Positions 20,445 through 31,234 of a stretch of DNA of 64,000 bases are shown here, piece after piece. Made by a program: the position numbers and the translations under genes. The stretch is from Abditibacterium sp. GTDB lineage: Bacteria; Armatimonadota; Abditibacteriia; Abditibacteriales; Abditibacteriaceae. The stretch is taken from positions 2,496,001-2,560,000 of the forward strand of contig OZ251992.1 in assembly GCA_965246885.1 (NCBI GenBank), read 5' to 3'. How positions within the stretch are numbered: the stretch's first letter is position 1; every line of letters starts with the position of its first letter. The notes beneath the pieces were generated by a model that saw nothing but the letters and a program-made list of their open reading frames with translations, searched no databases and had not been told where the DNA came from.

Positions 20445-21489
20445 ATGGACTTTTCGACCACACTGCGCGCCATTGACGCCCTTGCTTCTGCTTCCCGTGA
20501 CGCGCGTTCGCGCCGGGGCGCGAGAAAGTTGCACAGCGCCCTCTTGGTGGGCGCGGCGTCGGCGGCGCTGAGCACGGGCGCCCAGCCCACGTGGGCGGCG
20601 GGCGGCGGGCGTTATTTTCCCCGCCTACTTGCCGCTTTCGGATACCGCTAATTGGAACGTGCTCAAGGAAGACGCCGGGCTGTTTCAAAAGCAGTCCGTT
20701 GGCACTAAAGCAGTCCGTTGGCGCTTACGATTAATACTGGGCTGTGGTGAACAGCGCGAACAACGGGCCGTTCTCCACCTCGACCGATTGGGCCACCGCC
20801 GCGACGCGCTTCGATCCCCTCCGCGCCAATTTGGGCGAAATCTTGGGTTACGTCCACACTCTGCAAACGCCAACCGGCACCACCTTTCGCCCCTCGCCGA
20901 TGTCAGGCGCGACATCAACGCGTGGGGCAACGGCTATCCCGGCTTGGACGGCATTTGGCTCGACGAATTCTACTCGCGCTACGAGATCGCTGGCCCATCC
21001 GGGTCGAAAGCCACGTTCCCAATGGGCAGGCGCAGGCGCCCACCGACCGCAGCTTTCTCAACCCCGGTGGCAGTTTCAACGCGGGCAAGTCAACCCGGCG
21101 GGTGGCTACTATAGCCAACTGACCAACTGGATTCATGCGGCCCACCCCGGCGTGAAAATCATCGGTAACGCGGGCGGGCAGTTTTACTTCAACCAAGTGC
21201 GTTACGGCGCCTTGGTGGACGTGACGTGCAGCTTCGAGCAAGCCTACCCGTCGCCGCTAATGCCCCCACCAACAACTGGGCCGGTTTGAACCAACAAGCG
21301 GGCACAAGCGCCAACGCGCAGTTGGCCCTTATTCATACCAACTCCAGCGACCTCGCCAGAGCCATCAACCAGTCCATCGGGCACGGCTACAAATATTTCT
21401 ATACCACCGACCGCACCCTGAACAACATCTGAGGCGGCAAGCCGCCGTACTTCACCAGCGAAATCACGAGCATCGCCACCCACAACTAA
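20445..21489 (+). pseudogene. Spherulation-specific family 4 (Spherulin-4/GH135-like) pseudogene
   Basis: Fragments across frames: signal peptide; VVNSANNGP; ILGYVHT; LDGIWLDE; IIGNAG; VTCSFEQ; YFYTTD...NNI*GGKPPYF. Several frameshifts and a TGA at a probable Trp (21430-21432). Confidence 0.75.
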
Positions 21490-21705
21490 TGCCGCTCGCC
21501 GGTTTTTCTACTTTCCACGTAGCTCCACATCTGGTTTCTCGGCAGGGCGCCCGGTGTAGGGATTCTCCCGGCTACGCCGTCCGCACGCACGGCACCCGAA
21601 ACTCTGCTTGCCGCCCATGCTCTTCCCAGCCCCGCAGCGATAACAATAGGCGCAAATCATCACTCAGTCTTAATCCCTCGCCTGCATTTAGGCCACTACC
21701 GTCAC

Positions 21706-24324
21706 TTAGCGGAGCGTAAGCGCTTGCAAACGGGCTTGACCACCAAAGGTGTTTGGCTCGTTGTCGAGGCTCCACCGAACACGGAGCGTTTGGCCCGCCA
21801 TTTTCGCCCGGAAGTGAACGCTGTACACGCCCGCAAAGCTGTCAGGAATCGGCGCCCAGTTGCCGTTGCCCCGGTTGCCATCGAAGACAGTTGATACTAT
21901 GGCGGGCGCACTCTCATCCGACAGCGAGACTTCCAACTTGCCGCGCGCGCCGTTGATGCCCGAAACGTACAATTGCAGCATTTGCTCATCGGGTGAGGCC
22001 GGGACAGAGAACTCGATGCCATGCCCGACGCCGTTCCACCACAAGCCGGAGTTGGAGCTGCCTCCGGGCCAATTCAGCTTGACCGGCGACCCCAGAGTTG
22101 AGGACAAATAGCCTTGGCCAAACTCCTTGAGTTCGCCGATTTGATTCGCACCCGCTTTGCGTTCGACGACCGTTTTGGCGGACGCGCCTTCGGTGTTTTT
22201 GGAGCCGAAAGCGATCCAGTCGCGGGCGCCTTCTTTGTCGAGGTCTACCGAAACGGGCGCTTGCTCGGTCGCAAGCTGGAGTTCGCCGCCGCCCGTCTCG
22301 CCCACGCACAGCGTCCAGTCGGTCTTGTTATTCGATTCATTTGCCTCGCCCGAAACGCGGTTGATGTCGTCGGCATAAGAGGTGATGACGTAGCTGCCCG
22401 GTTGGGCGGGCGCCCATTCTGTATTGCCACCGTTTGGTTCTACCGTCACCTCGTCGCCGGGATTGAGAACGTCGTGCGTGCCACCAAAGCTCGTGTATTT
22501 GCCGTTGACGAAGAACGTCACGCTCGAATCGGTGTCAATGGGCGTCGGGCCAGCACCGATATTCTTGAGGGTCGCGCGCAACTTCGCGGGTTGGCCGGGG
22601 ACATCCGACTCGCTCCAGACTTTCGTCACGACCAAATCGGGGCGACCATCAGGGGTAAACACGACGGTTTGGGCGCGCGACGCGGTTTGACCAAAGCGAT
22701 CGAAAGCGGCCACCTCGTAGGTGTAGCCCAAACCGGGACGCAGCCACGCGCTGCGTTCGGAGAACTTTGGCTCGGTCGTCGTGGCGATGTGCCAGCCGTT
22801 ACGAAACACGAAATACCCCTGTGCGCCCGCGACGGGCCGCCACTGCAAGTCGGCCTGAAGTTGCGTGGCTTTGCCTTCCAAACCCCTAACGGACGCGGGC
22901 GCCGCGCTTTTCGGAAGCGGCCCCGCTTTGATTTTAATGATGGAGACAGAAGCGGGCACGCTCATTTTCAAAACGCCGTTTGTCACCGCGACGGTTTGCG
23001 AGTCGTACGCGCCGCGCTCGTTTTGTGTCAGGACAGTGGCCGAAGCGCCGGCCGAAGCGCCGGCCGAAGCGCCAAAGTGGATTTCGACGGGAGCAGGCGC
23101 AGGGAACAATTCGCGGTTAGTGTTTTGGTCGTGGTTGGGCACCTCGTTCCAAATCAGCACGTTGTAGTCGCCGCTCGACTTTTGCAGCGTGAGGGTGTGA
23201 ACTGTGTCGGGCGCGCCCGCCAACGTGAAATTCAGCGAGCGCGGCGTGAACGGGCGGGCGCCTTCCCAATGGAGAGTCGCGGGGTTCCATTTCGCCTCGC
23301 GCACTTGATCGAGCAAATTCTTGACCGCGAAATAAGCGGGCCGCTTGGTCATCAAGTCGTCTTCGAGCAGGCCGTAGCCATCGGCGTTGTGGATGGCGAA
23401 CAAATAGGTGCGCTTGATGCCGTGCCGGAAGTATTCGGCGAGTAGCATCGGGATGTTCAGAGCCTGCGCGCGCAAGGAGCCAGTTTTAAAGGTGCCGTTG
23501 GTCGCGTCCTTGTCCACGTTGTAGCCGGTCTCGGTTGGGACGAATGGCTTGATGAGCGAGTGCGGCGGCAAAATGTTGTTCCAGCGCGTCATGTTCGACA
23601 GCAAGCTGGAACTGGGCACGCCATAACCCGCGTAAGAGTGGATGTTGCCGTAGTCGAAGCCGGTAAAACCTTTGGCGAGGTTATAGTCGGTGAAAATCGC
23701 CGAAAAACCGACGACGGGAACACCTTTCCACTTCGGGTCGGCTTTAAGCGCGCCGTAAAAGTCCGTCATGTATGCGGCGGCGGCGCCTTCGTCGGTCTGG
23801 CCTTTGTATTTGAGGTTCAAGTCTTGGGGCGGGAATTTGTTGTTCGGCTCGTTGGGGCCTTCGACTTCGGCGACGGCGCGCGAATCGTAGCGACGTAGCT
23901 CGGTCATCTGCGCGAGCGGGTCTTTGACGTGATTGGGATCGAGAAACAGCATCGCTTTGGCGCCGTGCGCTTTCCACACATCGAGAACCTGCCCCGGCTG
24001 ATCGTCGCGCGTCAAGTCATAGCGCAACACTGCGCGGTAGTAGCGAATGCCCAGATCGTAAAACACAGAAGGCGCGAAGGTCGTTCCAGCACCCTTGAAC
24101 GGCCCATCGGTGTAAATGCGCGTTTGAAGCGGGGCGCCGTTGATGCCAATCGAATCAATGAAGTCGTCGGCGGCAAACGCGGGCGAAGGCCCCGACGAGG
24201 CGCGCGGCGCGCTTTGTTGGGCCAAAACGCGCGTTTCGAGGGCCAGAGGCGGCGCGGTTTGCGCGCACGCCGAAAGCGCGGGCACAAGGGCAAAGCCCAA
24301 TAACGAGGAAAACTTGCGGTTCAT
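21706..24324 (-). CDS. Lipoprotein glycoside hydrolase (clan GH-A-like TIM barrel) with FN3-like and CARDB domains
   Basis: Lipobox LSAC; EGPNEP and VPTETGY catalytic-type motifs; NIHSY; FN3-like YTYEVAAFD; CARDB-like RPDLVVT...LKNIG...ESNNK. Confidence 0.82.
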   Translation of the reverse strand: MNRKFSSLLGFALVPALSACAQTAPPLALETRVLAQQSAPRASSGPSPAFAADDFIDSIGINGAPLQTRIYTDGPFKGAGTTFAPSVFYDLGIRYYRAVLRYDLTRDDQPGQVLDVWKAHGAKAMLFLDPNHVKDPLAQMTELRRYDSRAVAEVEGPNEPNNKFPPQDLNLKYKGQTDEGAAAAYMTDFYGALKADPKWKGVPVVGFSAIFTDYNLAKGFTGFDYGNIHSYAGYGVPSSSLLSNMTRWNNILPPHSLIKPFVPTETGYNVDKDATNGTFKTGSLRAQALNIPMLLAEYFRHGIKRTYLFAIHNADGYGLLEDDLMTKRPAYFAVKNLLDQVREAKWNPATLHWEGARPFTPRSLNFTLAGAPDTVHTLTLQKSSGDYNVLIWNEVPNHDQNTNRELFPAPAPVEIHFGASAGASAGASATVLTQNERGAYDSQTVAVTNGVLKMSVPASVSIIKIKAGPLPKSAAPASVRGLEGKATQLQADLQWRPVAGAQGYFVFRNGWHIATTTEPKFSERSAWLRPGLGYTYEVAAFDRFGQTASRAQTVVFTPDGRPDLVVTKVWSESDVPGQPAKLRATLKNIGAGPTPIDTDSSVTFFVNGKYTSFGGTHDVLNPGDEVTVEPNGGNTEWAPAQPGSYVITSYADDINRVSGEANESNNKTDWTLCVGETGGGELQLATEQAPVSVDLDKEGARDWIAFGSKNTEGASAKTVVERKAGANQIGELKEFGQGYLSSTLGSPVKLNWPGGSSNSGLWWNGVGHGIEFSVPASPDEQMLQLYVSGINGARGKLEVSLSDESAPAIVSTVFDGNRGNGNWAPIPDSFAGVYSVHFRAKMAGQTLRVRWSLDNEPNTFGGQARLQALTLR

Positions 24325-24405
24325 ACAAAGAGTTAGGGGCGGCGTTGGAACTCGTCCATCCGGCTGAGTAAGCGACGCGGATAGCTGGGCCAACCATTAA
24401 TGTAC

Positions 24406-24590
24406 GTGCCCGAACGATTGAGATAGGTGCCCGAACGATTGAGATAGGTGCCCGAACGATTGAGATAGGTGCCCGAACGATTGAGATAGGTGCCCGAACG
24501 ATTGAGATAGGTGCCCGAACGATTGAGATAGGTGGGTGAATCAATCAGACGGTTGGGCGAACGATTCGGATAGGTGTCCGAACGGCCCGG
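24406..24590. repeat. 21-bp tandem repeat GTGCCCGAACGATTGAGATAG, 6 perfect units plus about 3 degenerate
   Basis: Perfect units at 24406, 24427, 24448, 24469, 24490 and 24511; degenerate units at 24532, 24553 and 24574. Confidence 0.95.
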
Positions 24591-24607
24591 TTGGGCGAGC
24601 CGTTCGT

Positions 24608-26590
24608 TCAGGATGCCGGGGCGCTGGAAGTTGAAGGCGCGGCGGTTTTAGTGGCGGCGGCAGAAAGGGCGGTGCTGCTGTTAGCGATCTTGATTTCGTC
24701 TATGTAGCCGCGATACTGGCCAATGGTGGCGCCGGGGCGGTCGAAGGCGACCCAGATTTTATCTATGGTTTTGCCCGCCAGCTTGGAGCCGATGTTGCCT
24801 TCGACTTTCGTCCACGCATTATACGGGATTTGGCCGCCATGCCCTTTGTTGGGGTGGAACGAAAAGCCGTTGGAGTCAACGGCGCCACTGTCGCGCAGCG
24901 TCGAGCCGTCGGTGCAGTGGAAATCTACCGCGACATAGCGCCCGTTGTCCTGTTGCGGGTAAATGGAGTAGCAGAGCCGCGTGTTGGCAGCAATCGGGAT
25001 GTTGACGCTGAAAACCTTGTAATAACAAAGAGCAGCACTGGCTGTAGCACTTCCCGAATAAAGCAACGCCGTGTTGCCCGCCTGCGCCTGCTCGCCCGTG
25101 CGGGTCGAACATTCGGGTTGGATGTTCGAGATAAATCCCGCCACGTTTTGCTTGAAGTCCACCGAATCGTTCCACGTCGGCTGGGGCTGTCCGTTCTCAA
25201 AGCTGGTGTAGAACAAAAATCCCGGCGGCGCGGCGACGATCATATAGCACTCGTTGCCCAAATTGTTGACCGTGACCGAAGAGGTGCCGGACGCAACGGG
25301 TATAGTCTGGCGCGGGCCGTTGAAGCCGTCCCACCCGTAAACGAGCAGTTGCGTGGTGCCTGTGGGTATGCCGGAACAGGTGAAGGAGGAGCGCGGATTG
25401 CCCCACGCCCAGCCGGTGTGGTTTTCGACGACCCACATCCGTTTGCTCGAATTGTTGCCGTCGAGAACGTAGTAGCCGTAATTCCAAGGCTGGATGTCGG
25501 AAAAGTGCATCCCCGCGCTTTGTTGCGCGACGAACTGCATCGTCTGTCCGGGAACAGTTGGCACCCAAGGGTTGAAACTTTGCGTCAAGCCCCACTTCGC
25601 CTGCGACGACAAGGTGCCGATGTCAAAGGCCAACTCGACTTGCGATTTGAGGTTGGACAGCCCGTTCTGGCCGTTGCCGCCCACGCCTAAGTGCGCCCAG
25701 ATAAAGGAAAGTTCCCATTCGGCCTGCTTTTGCGGGGTCTGCGAGTTGTCGTCGTAGTTGAACTCGGTGCAATAATGGTTGATATCGGCGGAAATGCCGG
25801 AGTTGTTTTTGACGGAGCGAAACAGGGCCATCGGCCCGTAGTCGCCCGATGGAGCGCCGCCCGAATAAAGGTGCAAATCTACGCCGTCGAGCGTGCCGTT
25901 GTTAAAAAGCGGCGCGAGTTTGGAGATGTAGCCGCCGCCAGTGCCGTCGCCGTAAGCGTTGGGCCGCGCGAAGCCGCCGGGTATCACTTTGAGGCCAGAA
26001 TTGACCGCGTGGATGCCATCGGCAAAGCCTTGAATGGCGCCGTAATAGTCGTTGAGCGGGATGCCCCGGCTCAAATCAATGGGCTGACCTTGCCCATCAA
26101 TGGGAATATCGGGTTCGTTAATAGCCGAATAGCAGGTGATGCCCCAGTTCGAGATGCCCTGACTCTTGAGCCACGCCGAGTTGGGCTGGTAGCGGGTGGC
26201 GATGTTTTGGCCCAGTGCCCTCCAATAGTTGTAAATGTTGCCCGTGCCGTTGGCGATGTCGCCGTAGTAGCCGTAGTATTCGACGAGCAGATACGGCGTG
26301 AGATTGTGGGCTTTGACGGCCAAGATGTAGGAATCCATCTCGCCGTTGGTGTTGTTGCGGTTGTAGCTGGTGCCGATGCGCGCGACATTAAGGCCCGCCG
26401 AGTTCATCGCGTTCATAACGGCGTTCGCCCGTCCCGACACGTTGTTCCACGTGTCGTAAGTAACGCCGGGAACGCTGGAGCCAAAGGAGTTCGCGGGGTC
26501 AGCCGCGCGCGCGGCAGGCGCCGATGAGAGGCAAAACAGGGCGAACGCCGCCATTGCCCGCTTGAAAGCGGGCCGGAAGTGGATTTTCAT
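24608..26590 (-). CDS. Secreted glycoside hydrolase (clan GH-A-like) with C-terminal beta-sandwich module
   Basis: Signal peptide ending AARA; AINEPD and CTEFN motifs; DLHLY. The C-terminal FYTSFENGQPQPTW...YVAVDFHCTDGSTL...GKTIDKI module resembles the N-terminal accessory domain of actinobacterial GH92 proteins. Confidence 0.75.
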   Translation of the reverse strand: MKIHFRPAFKRAMAAFALFCLSSAPAARAADPANSFGSSVPGVTYDTWNNVSGRANAVMNAMNSAGLNVARIGTSYNRNNTNGEMDSYILAVKAHNLTPYLLVEYYGYYGDIANGTGNIYNYWRALGQNIATRYQPNSAWLKSQGISNWGITCYSAINEPDIPIDGQGQPIDLSRGIPLNDYYGAIQGFADGIHAVNSGLKVIPGGFARPNAYGDGTGGGYISKLAPLFNNGTLDGVDLHLYSGGAPSGDYGPMALFRSVKNNSGISADINHYCTEFNYDDNSQTPQKQAEWELSFIWAHLGVGGNGQNGLSNLKSQVELAFDIGTLSSQAKWGLTQSFNPWVPTVPGQTMQFVAQQSAGMHFSDIQPWNYGYYVLDGNNSSKRMWVVENHTGWAWGNPRSSFTCSGIPTGTTQLLVYGWDGFNGPRQTIPVASGTSSVTVNNLGNECYMIVAAPPGFLFYTSFENGQPQPTWNDSVDFKQNVAGFISNIQPECSTRTGEQAQAGNTALLYSGSATASAALCYYKVFSVNIPIAANTRLCYSIYPQQDNGRYVAVDFHCTDGSTLRDSGAVDSNGFSFHPNKGHGGQIPYNAWTKVEGNIGSKLAGKTIDKIWVAFDRPGATIGQYRGYIDEIKIANSSTALSAAATKTAAPSTSSAPAS

Positions 26591-26604
26591 GGTGTTGGTG
26601 TGGT

Positions 26605-26640
26605 GTAAATAAACGGGCGCGTCGCTTATGGACGCGCCCG
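26605..26640 (-). terminator. Rho-independent terminator-like hairpin
   Basis: Minus strand: CGGGCGCGTC-CATAAGC-GACGCGCCCG followed by TTTATTTAC, 10 bp after the DUF1559 stop. Confidence 0.7.
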
Positions 26641-26650
26641 GAAGGAGACT

Positions 26651-27472
26651 CTACTTGTATTTGTCTTCGGCCTGTGCGAGCTTGGATAGGATGCCGGGTT
26701 CGGGCACTTCGCAGTTCACGTCGTTATAGTTGGCGCCGTCGCAACCGGGGCCAGTTGCGCCGGACTGGGGGTCGAAACGTCCCCACATATTGACCGGAGT
26801 CATGGTTCTTGTGGGACGGAGCGATTTGACGTGGCCATCGGCGAACAGATAGTTGGTTGTATCCATATGCCCGGCGAATACCATCACTTTACCCGCGATG
26901 ACGAACTGGCCAGAGTTGTAGGCGGTGCCATACATTCCGGCGCGTGGCTCGAAGTTGGCATCAAAGGGTTCGTAGATGTTGGCCTCGCCAACCATAATGC
27001 GTGTAGCGGCGCTGTCCAAAGACGCGAGCGCCCGCCCTCCTCCACTGGCGTCAATGATCATGTGCCAGTTCGCCAGATACGAGGCGGAAATATCGGGATA
27101 TCCAGAGGCGGCGCTAAATTGAACCTTGGCGCCATCAGTATTGGAAGGGCACGTAAAGATTTGCGTGCTCTTGAGATAAGGCTGCATCAGCTGAGGCCAT
27201 TCAATGCGACCTGTAGACAAAGCAGAGTAAGCGCTGGGATACCTCTCGTCGTAATCTTGGACATATTGCAAGATGCCCAAGCCGATTTGCTTGAGGTTGG
27301 ATTGACAAGACGCGCGGCGCGCATTCTCGCGGGCACGAGCAAAGGCCGGGAACAAGATGGCGGCAAGTATCGCTATAATAGCGATAACTACCAACAACTC
27401 TATCAAAGTAAATCCTTTACGGGTGCAGCTGGATTTAAAACAACTGTATGAGGTTTTGTTGATGTACTGCAT
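26651..27472 (-). CDS. DUF1559 / prepilin-type protein with H-X9-DG motif
   Basis: [15 protein letters not shown]..., [15 protein letters not shown]. Start uncertain (27472, 27496 or 27517). Confidence 0.92.
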   Translation of the reverse strand: MQYINKTSYSCFKSSCTRKGFTLIELLVVIAIIAILAAILFPAFARARENARRASCQSNLKQIGLGILQYVQDYDERYPSAYSALSTGRIEWPQLMQPYLKSTQIFTCPSNTDGAKVQFSAASGYPDISASYLANWHMIIDASGGGRALASLDSAATRIMVGEANIYEPFDANFEPRAGMYGTAYNSGQFVIAGKVMVFAGHMDTTNYLFADGHVKSLRPTRTMTPVNMWGRFDPQSGATGPGCDGANYNDVNCEVPEPGILSKLAQAEDKYK

Positions 27473-27597
27473 TGGAGTATAAGAAAAAGTGGGCATGAAT
27501 GAAGGGGCGCGGAGCAACCTGAAATCGAAGTTGCTCCTTCCCCTAAATGCGTTCTATTTGTAAAGCGCGCCTGCATCGGCGATAGCGCTAAAGAAGG

Positions 27598-28317
27598 TCA
27601 CGGCTTGCGGTTGAACGTTGGGCTGTTACCAGAAGCAGAACCGGGCGTTGCCAAGCTATAAACGGAGGCGCTTTGAGTTGGGCTTAAGCCTTTGAACCAC
27701 TTTACGTGGCCGTCGCACAGCAAGAAGTTCTGGCCTTCGAGGTGGCGTTGCGCCGATTTGCTGCGGAACGTCGCCAAACCTGAAGCGCAGGAGACGGCAG
27801 TGCCGCAACCTGCTGTCCAGTTGTCAGCGAAGTTTCCGCTGTCAGCGACGACTGGGTCGCTTTCGTCGCACGCTAAGACGGTGAGCGCGGATTGAGTCAA
27901 GTCCGCAATAGATGTGCTACGCGCGCTGCCATCCCAACCAAGGTCGAGGTTGTACGCGTAGTCCACGTAACCTTGGGTGTTTGGGTCGGAGGTTGCCGTC
28001 CAGTCGCTGTTGCTGGGGCATTGATAGATCTGCGTGCTTTTCAGGTAGGGCTGAACAATAGCCCAGAAATCGTTCTGGTGGTGACCGGCCCCCCCTACCG
28101 TGTCGTTGTGGATGGGAAATTTCTCGTTGTAGTCCTGCGTATACTGCAAGATACCGAGGCCAATCTGCTTGAGATTGGACTGACACGAGGCGCGGCGCCC
28201 ATTCTCTCTCGCGCGCGCGAAAGCGGGGAACAAGATAGCTGCCAAAATCGCGATGATGGCAATGACTACGAGCAATTCTATAAGCGTAAACGCTTTGGCG
28301 ATAGGATGAGTTTTCAT
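27598..28317 (-). CDS. DUF1559 / prepilin-type protein with H-X9-DG motif
   Basis: [15 protein letters not shown]..., [15 protein letters not shown]. Confidence 0.93.
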   Translation of the reverse strand: MKTHPIAKAFTLIELLVVIAIIAILAAILFPAFARARENGRRASCQSNLKQIGLGILQYTQDYNEKFPIHNDTVGGAGHHQNDFWAIVQPYLKSTQIYQCPSNSDWTATSDPNTQGYVDYAYNLDLGWDGSARSTSIADLTQSALTVLACDESDPVVADSGNFADNWTAGCGTAVSCASGLATFRSKSAQRHLEGQNFLLCDGHVKWFKGLSPTQSASVYSLATPGSASGNSPTFNRKP

Positions 28318-28335
28318 GATGATTGTTTAAGAGCC

Positions 28336-29451
28336 TCAAACGGGTTGCAAAGCTCCGCGATGGACGCGCGGGGCGTCGTTAAGTAGGGCGCTGACGCGAC
28401 AAAAGTCGGCGTTTGCGCCAGAGCCGCGCGACACAAAGCGCGGCTTTAGCAAATAAAGAGGCGGTACGGCCTCGCCGCGCGCCAGAGCACCCAGTACGTT
28501 CATCGCCGTGCGCCCCATGCCTTCTTCGTCGAGCCATACGCTTGAAAGCGGCGGATCGAGAAGCGGCGCGACGGCATCACCAAAGCCCACGACGGCGCAA
28601 TCTTGTGGCACGCGCAGGCCGGCCTCGCGTAGCGCGGTGTAGGCGCCGCGCGCGACAGCATCGTTGATGGCCACAATCGAAATTGGAAGCGTAGGACGCG
28701 TTGCCAATAGCGCCCGCGTCATCGCGAAACCGACGCGGTCGTCGCCGTCATAGCAAGCAAACAGGCGTGCCTCGTCCCACTCCTGCCCCGCTTGCATTAG
28801 AGCCGCCTTCATCCCATCAAGGCGCTGGCGCACGGGCGGGAGCAGGGCGGGCGGCCCAGAAATTGCGAACACTTCGCGCCCGATGCCCGCCACATAAACG
28901 CCGACATCATGCCCGGCGCGCGCGTTGTCCACGCTTACAAGGGGCGCTTCGACTCCCGGCACGGGACGGTCAATGAACACAACCGGAACGCCCTTTTCTT
29001 GCAACGCTTGAAACGGCTTGGCGTCGCGTAGCACCGAAAATACGGCCACGCCCGCAACCTGAGAAGCCAAGACACCCAACTCTTCCCCTTCACGGTCAAA
29101 ATTACCTTCGGTGATCAGCGTCAGCAAGCGCCGCCCCTGACGCGCCGTTTCCAGTTGCGCCCCATGTGCAATGCGCGCGAAAAACGTATCGCGCAAAGCG
29201 GGCATGACCAAAGCGAATGGCTTGGCATTGTCTCCTCGGCGCGCAAGGGATGAAACAACCGTTCCCACGCGCGCCCGACTTTCGACCCAACCCTCACCCT
29301 TGAGTTCGCGTAGCGCGCCGCGCACGGTGATTTCTGAAACGCCGTGCCGTGCCGCCAACTCGCGCATCGGCGGCAACGTCGCACCAGACGAAAGTTCGCC
29401 CGATTCGATTTGCGCGCGTAGCGTGGCCGCCAAGCTCTTGGTCAGTGTCAT
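28336..29451 (-). CDS. GntR-HTH plus LacI-type sugar-binding domain regulator (AraR-like architecture)
   Basis: LPPMRELAARHGVSEITVRGALRELKGEGWV...GTVV winged HTH; VFIDR, VSVDN, VPQDCAVVGFGD and PPLSSV effector-domain motifs. Confidence 0.92.
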   Translation of the reverse strand: MTLTKSLAATLRAQIESGELSSGATLPPMRELAARHGVSEITVRGALRELKGEGWVESRARVGTVVSSLARRGDNAKPFALVMPALRDTFFARIAHGAQLETARQGRRLLTLITEGNFDREGEELGVLASQVAGVAVFSVLRDAKPFQALQEKGVPVVFIDRPVPGVEAPLVSVDNARAGHDVGVYVAGIGREVFAISGPPALLPPVRQRLDGMKAALMQAGQEWDEARLFACYDGDDRVGFAMTRALLATRPTLPISIVAINDAVARGAYTALREAGLRVPQDCAVVGFGDAVAPLLDPPLSSVWLDEEGMGRTAMNVLGALARGEAVPPLYLLKPRFVSRGSGANADFCRVSALLNDAPRVHRGALQPV

Positions 29452-29548
29452 CGTGTTTTTTCGCCCTGCGTATACATTATGCCCAAATCAGGGGCGGCTC
29501 TAACACTTTGCGAGAAAATTTTTTCTAAATCTTTGGAAGAGGGATCGC

Positions 29549-29680
29549 GCCAACGACCGAACTACCCCCGCCAACGACCAAACTGCCCCCGCTAACGACC
29601 GAACTGCCCCCGCCAACGACCGAACTACCCCCGCCAACGACCGGACCACCCCCGCTAACGACCGAACTACCCCGCTAACG
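29549..29680. repeat. 21-bp tandem repeat GCCAACGACCGAACTACCCCC, about 6 units
   Basis: Units at 29549, 29570, 29591, 29612, 29633 and 29654, upstream of the GntR/LacI gene. Confidence 0.92.
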
Positions 29681-30194
29681 GAAAAATCTCTGCGCTTTCG
29701 CCACTCCGTCCTACACTTTCCTGCCGCCACCACCCGCTTGTGATTTCCAGTTCTCCCGCTCCCGCTGAAAAACGCGGCGGGCGCCAAGGGCGCGCGCCCA
29801 TCTCGAAAGAGCTGTTGCCACCCTCGAAACCGACGGTTTCGTCGTGTTGCGTGATGATGGCCAACCTCGACACGTTGCTCGCGCGTCCCGCCGCGCCCTT
29901 CAACTTTGGCACTTCAAACGTGCAGCAAGACCCCCTGCCCTTTCCGCTTTTTTATTCCGCGACGTTTTGGTGAACGACCTCGCGGTTGACATTACCCGTG
30001 CCGTTTTGGGAGAGGGCGTCAAAAACACGCTGTATTGCGGCAACCTTGGCGCTTCAAAGCGACTTGCGCCAGCCAGTGCATCCTGATGTCGGGTAACTAT
30101 GGCCGCGCCCGTGCCATGCACACCGCCATTTCAATTAGTGGCCAATATCCCTTTTGTGAACACCGACACCCACAACGGCGCAACCTAATTTCGG

Positions 30195-30588
30195 ATGGGG
30201 ACACATCACGACACGCGCTATCTGCTGTCCAACCCGCCCCGCATCGCGCCGGAACATCTCGAAGAGCGCCGCCTGCTCGTGCCGCTCGTTCAAGCCGAAC
30301 TGCGGGAGCTACCCGTCTTCACGACATTCGGATGTGGCACGCGGGCATGTCCAACTCCGCCGCGACGCTACGCCCGATGATCACCATGATTCACGCCGTT
30401 TCGTGGTGGCCAAGCCCCACACCGCCCCAGCGCGTGACTTCTTCGCCCATCTCAGGCTTCATACCCCCGCGCGCTTTGTGGATGGCGACATCGCTTATCT
30501 CCAGCGCAACCAAGCATACACGTTCAAAGTGACCTTCAAGCGAATTGCAAAATTCACCGTTATCATTGCAATGCTCCCGTTGGAGTGA
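30195..30588 (+). pseudogene. Possible frameshifted hypothetical gene
   Basis: Two overlapping protein-like ORFs (30195-30380 and 30334-30588) that could join by one frameshift near 30330. No family recognised. Confidence 0.3.
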
Positions 30589-30894
30589 CAACGCGCCCTT
30601 TTCTGGCCTATTTGCGACGTTGCAATGCTTTCTGAGTCTTATCTGGAGGCGCATTGGTCAACCCCGATTGGCGAATGGCTTTGATGGAGAGATACGGAGG
30701 GCAAAGGTCGTCCAACACCTACATCCATGTACCAGTCTCGCGCCCGATCCGCGAGGGTAACATGACCAAATGGTAGAGGCCCAAAGCGCGCGTAGCCCGT
30801 TCGATATATTCGATGGTGCGCAGGAGCATGATCGTTCTTTCGCATATCGTTGGCTCTGTAGTTTTTGCCGAGTTTGTGGTCGCGGGTGTTGCCC

Positions 30895-31164
30895 TCATCC
30901 GAACAGCTTGCGGTCGAAGGCGCGATAGTTAATGGCCTCGGCGACGTGGTGCATCTCGATGTTCTGCGCCCCTTCCAGATCCGCAATCGTCCTCGACACT
31001 TTCAGCGTGCGGTCGTAGCCGCGCCCCGAAAGGTTGAACTGGGCAATCGCCGCCTTGAGCAGGTCTTTGGTCGCGCTGTCCATCTCGCAGTATTCGCGCA
31101 GTTCTTTGGCGCGCATCCCGCCGTTGCAGCCGCCCAGCAAATGCCCGCAGGGACATCCACTCAC
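30895..31164 (-). pseudogene. comM: ComM/YifB Mg-chelatase-like ATPase 3' remnant
   Basis: CPCG motif fused to the C-terminal 'LSGRGYDRTLKVSRTIADLEG...HVAEAINYR' region. N-terminal two-thirds absent and an internal deletion. Confidence 0.85.
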
Positions 31165-31234
31165 GCGACAACTTGGCGGAGTGAAAGAGGAGCATGAAAA
31201 GCGTCCCCCTCACCACAAACACCGGTTGCCACGT

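Noticed and set aside
23038..23073. 12-bp x3 repeat (GASA) inside the hydrolase gene
   Set aside because: Short in-frame linker expansion with no sign of phase variation.
24406..24531. 21-bp arrays as mini-CRISPRs
   Set aside because: Units are directly adjacent with no unique spacers and do not resemble the CRISPR repeat.
30639..30846. MRKNDHAPAHH, resembling a DUF4160-type start
   Set aside because: The rest of the frame does not continue the resemblance.
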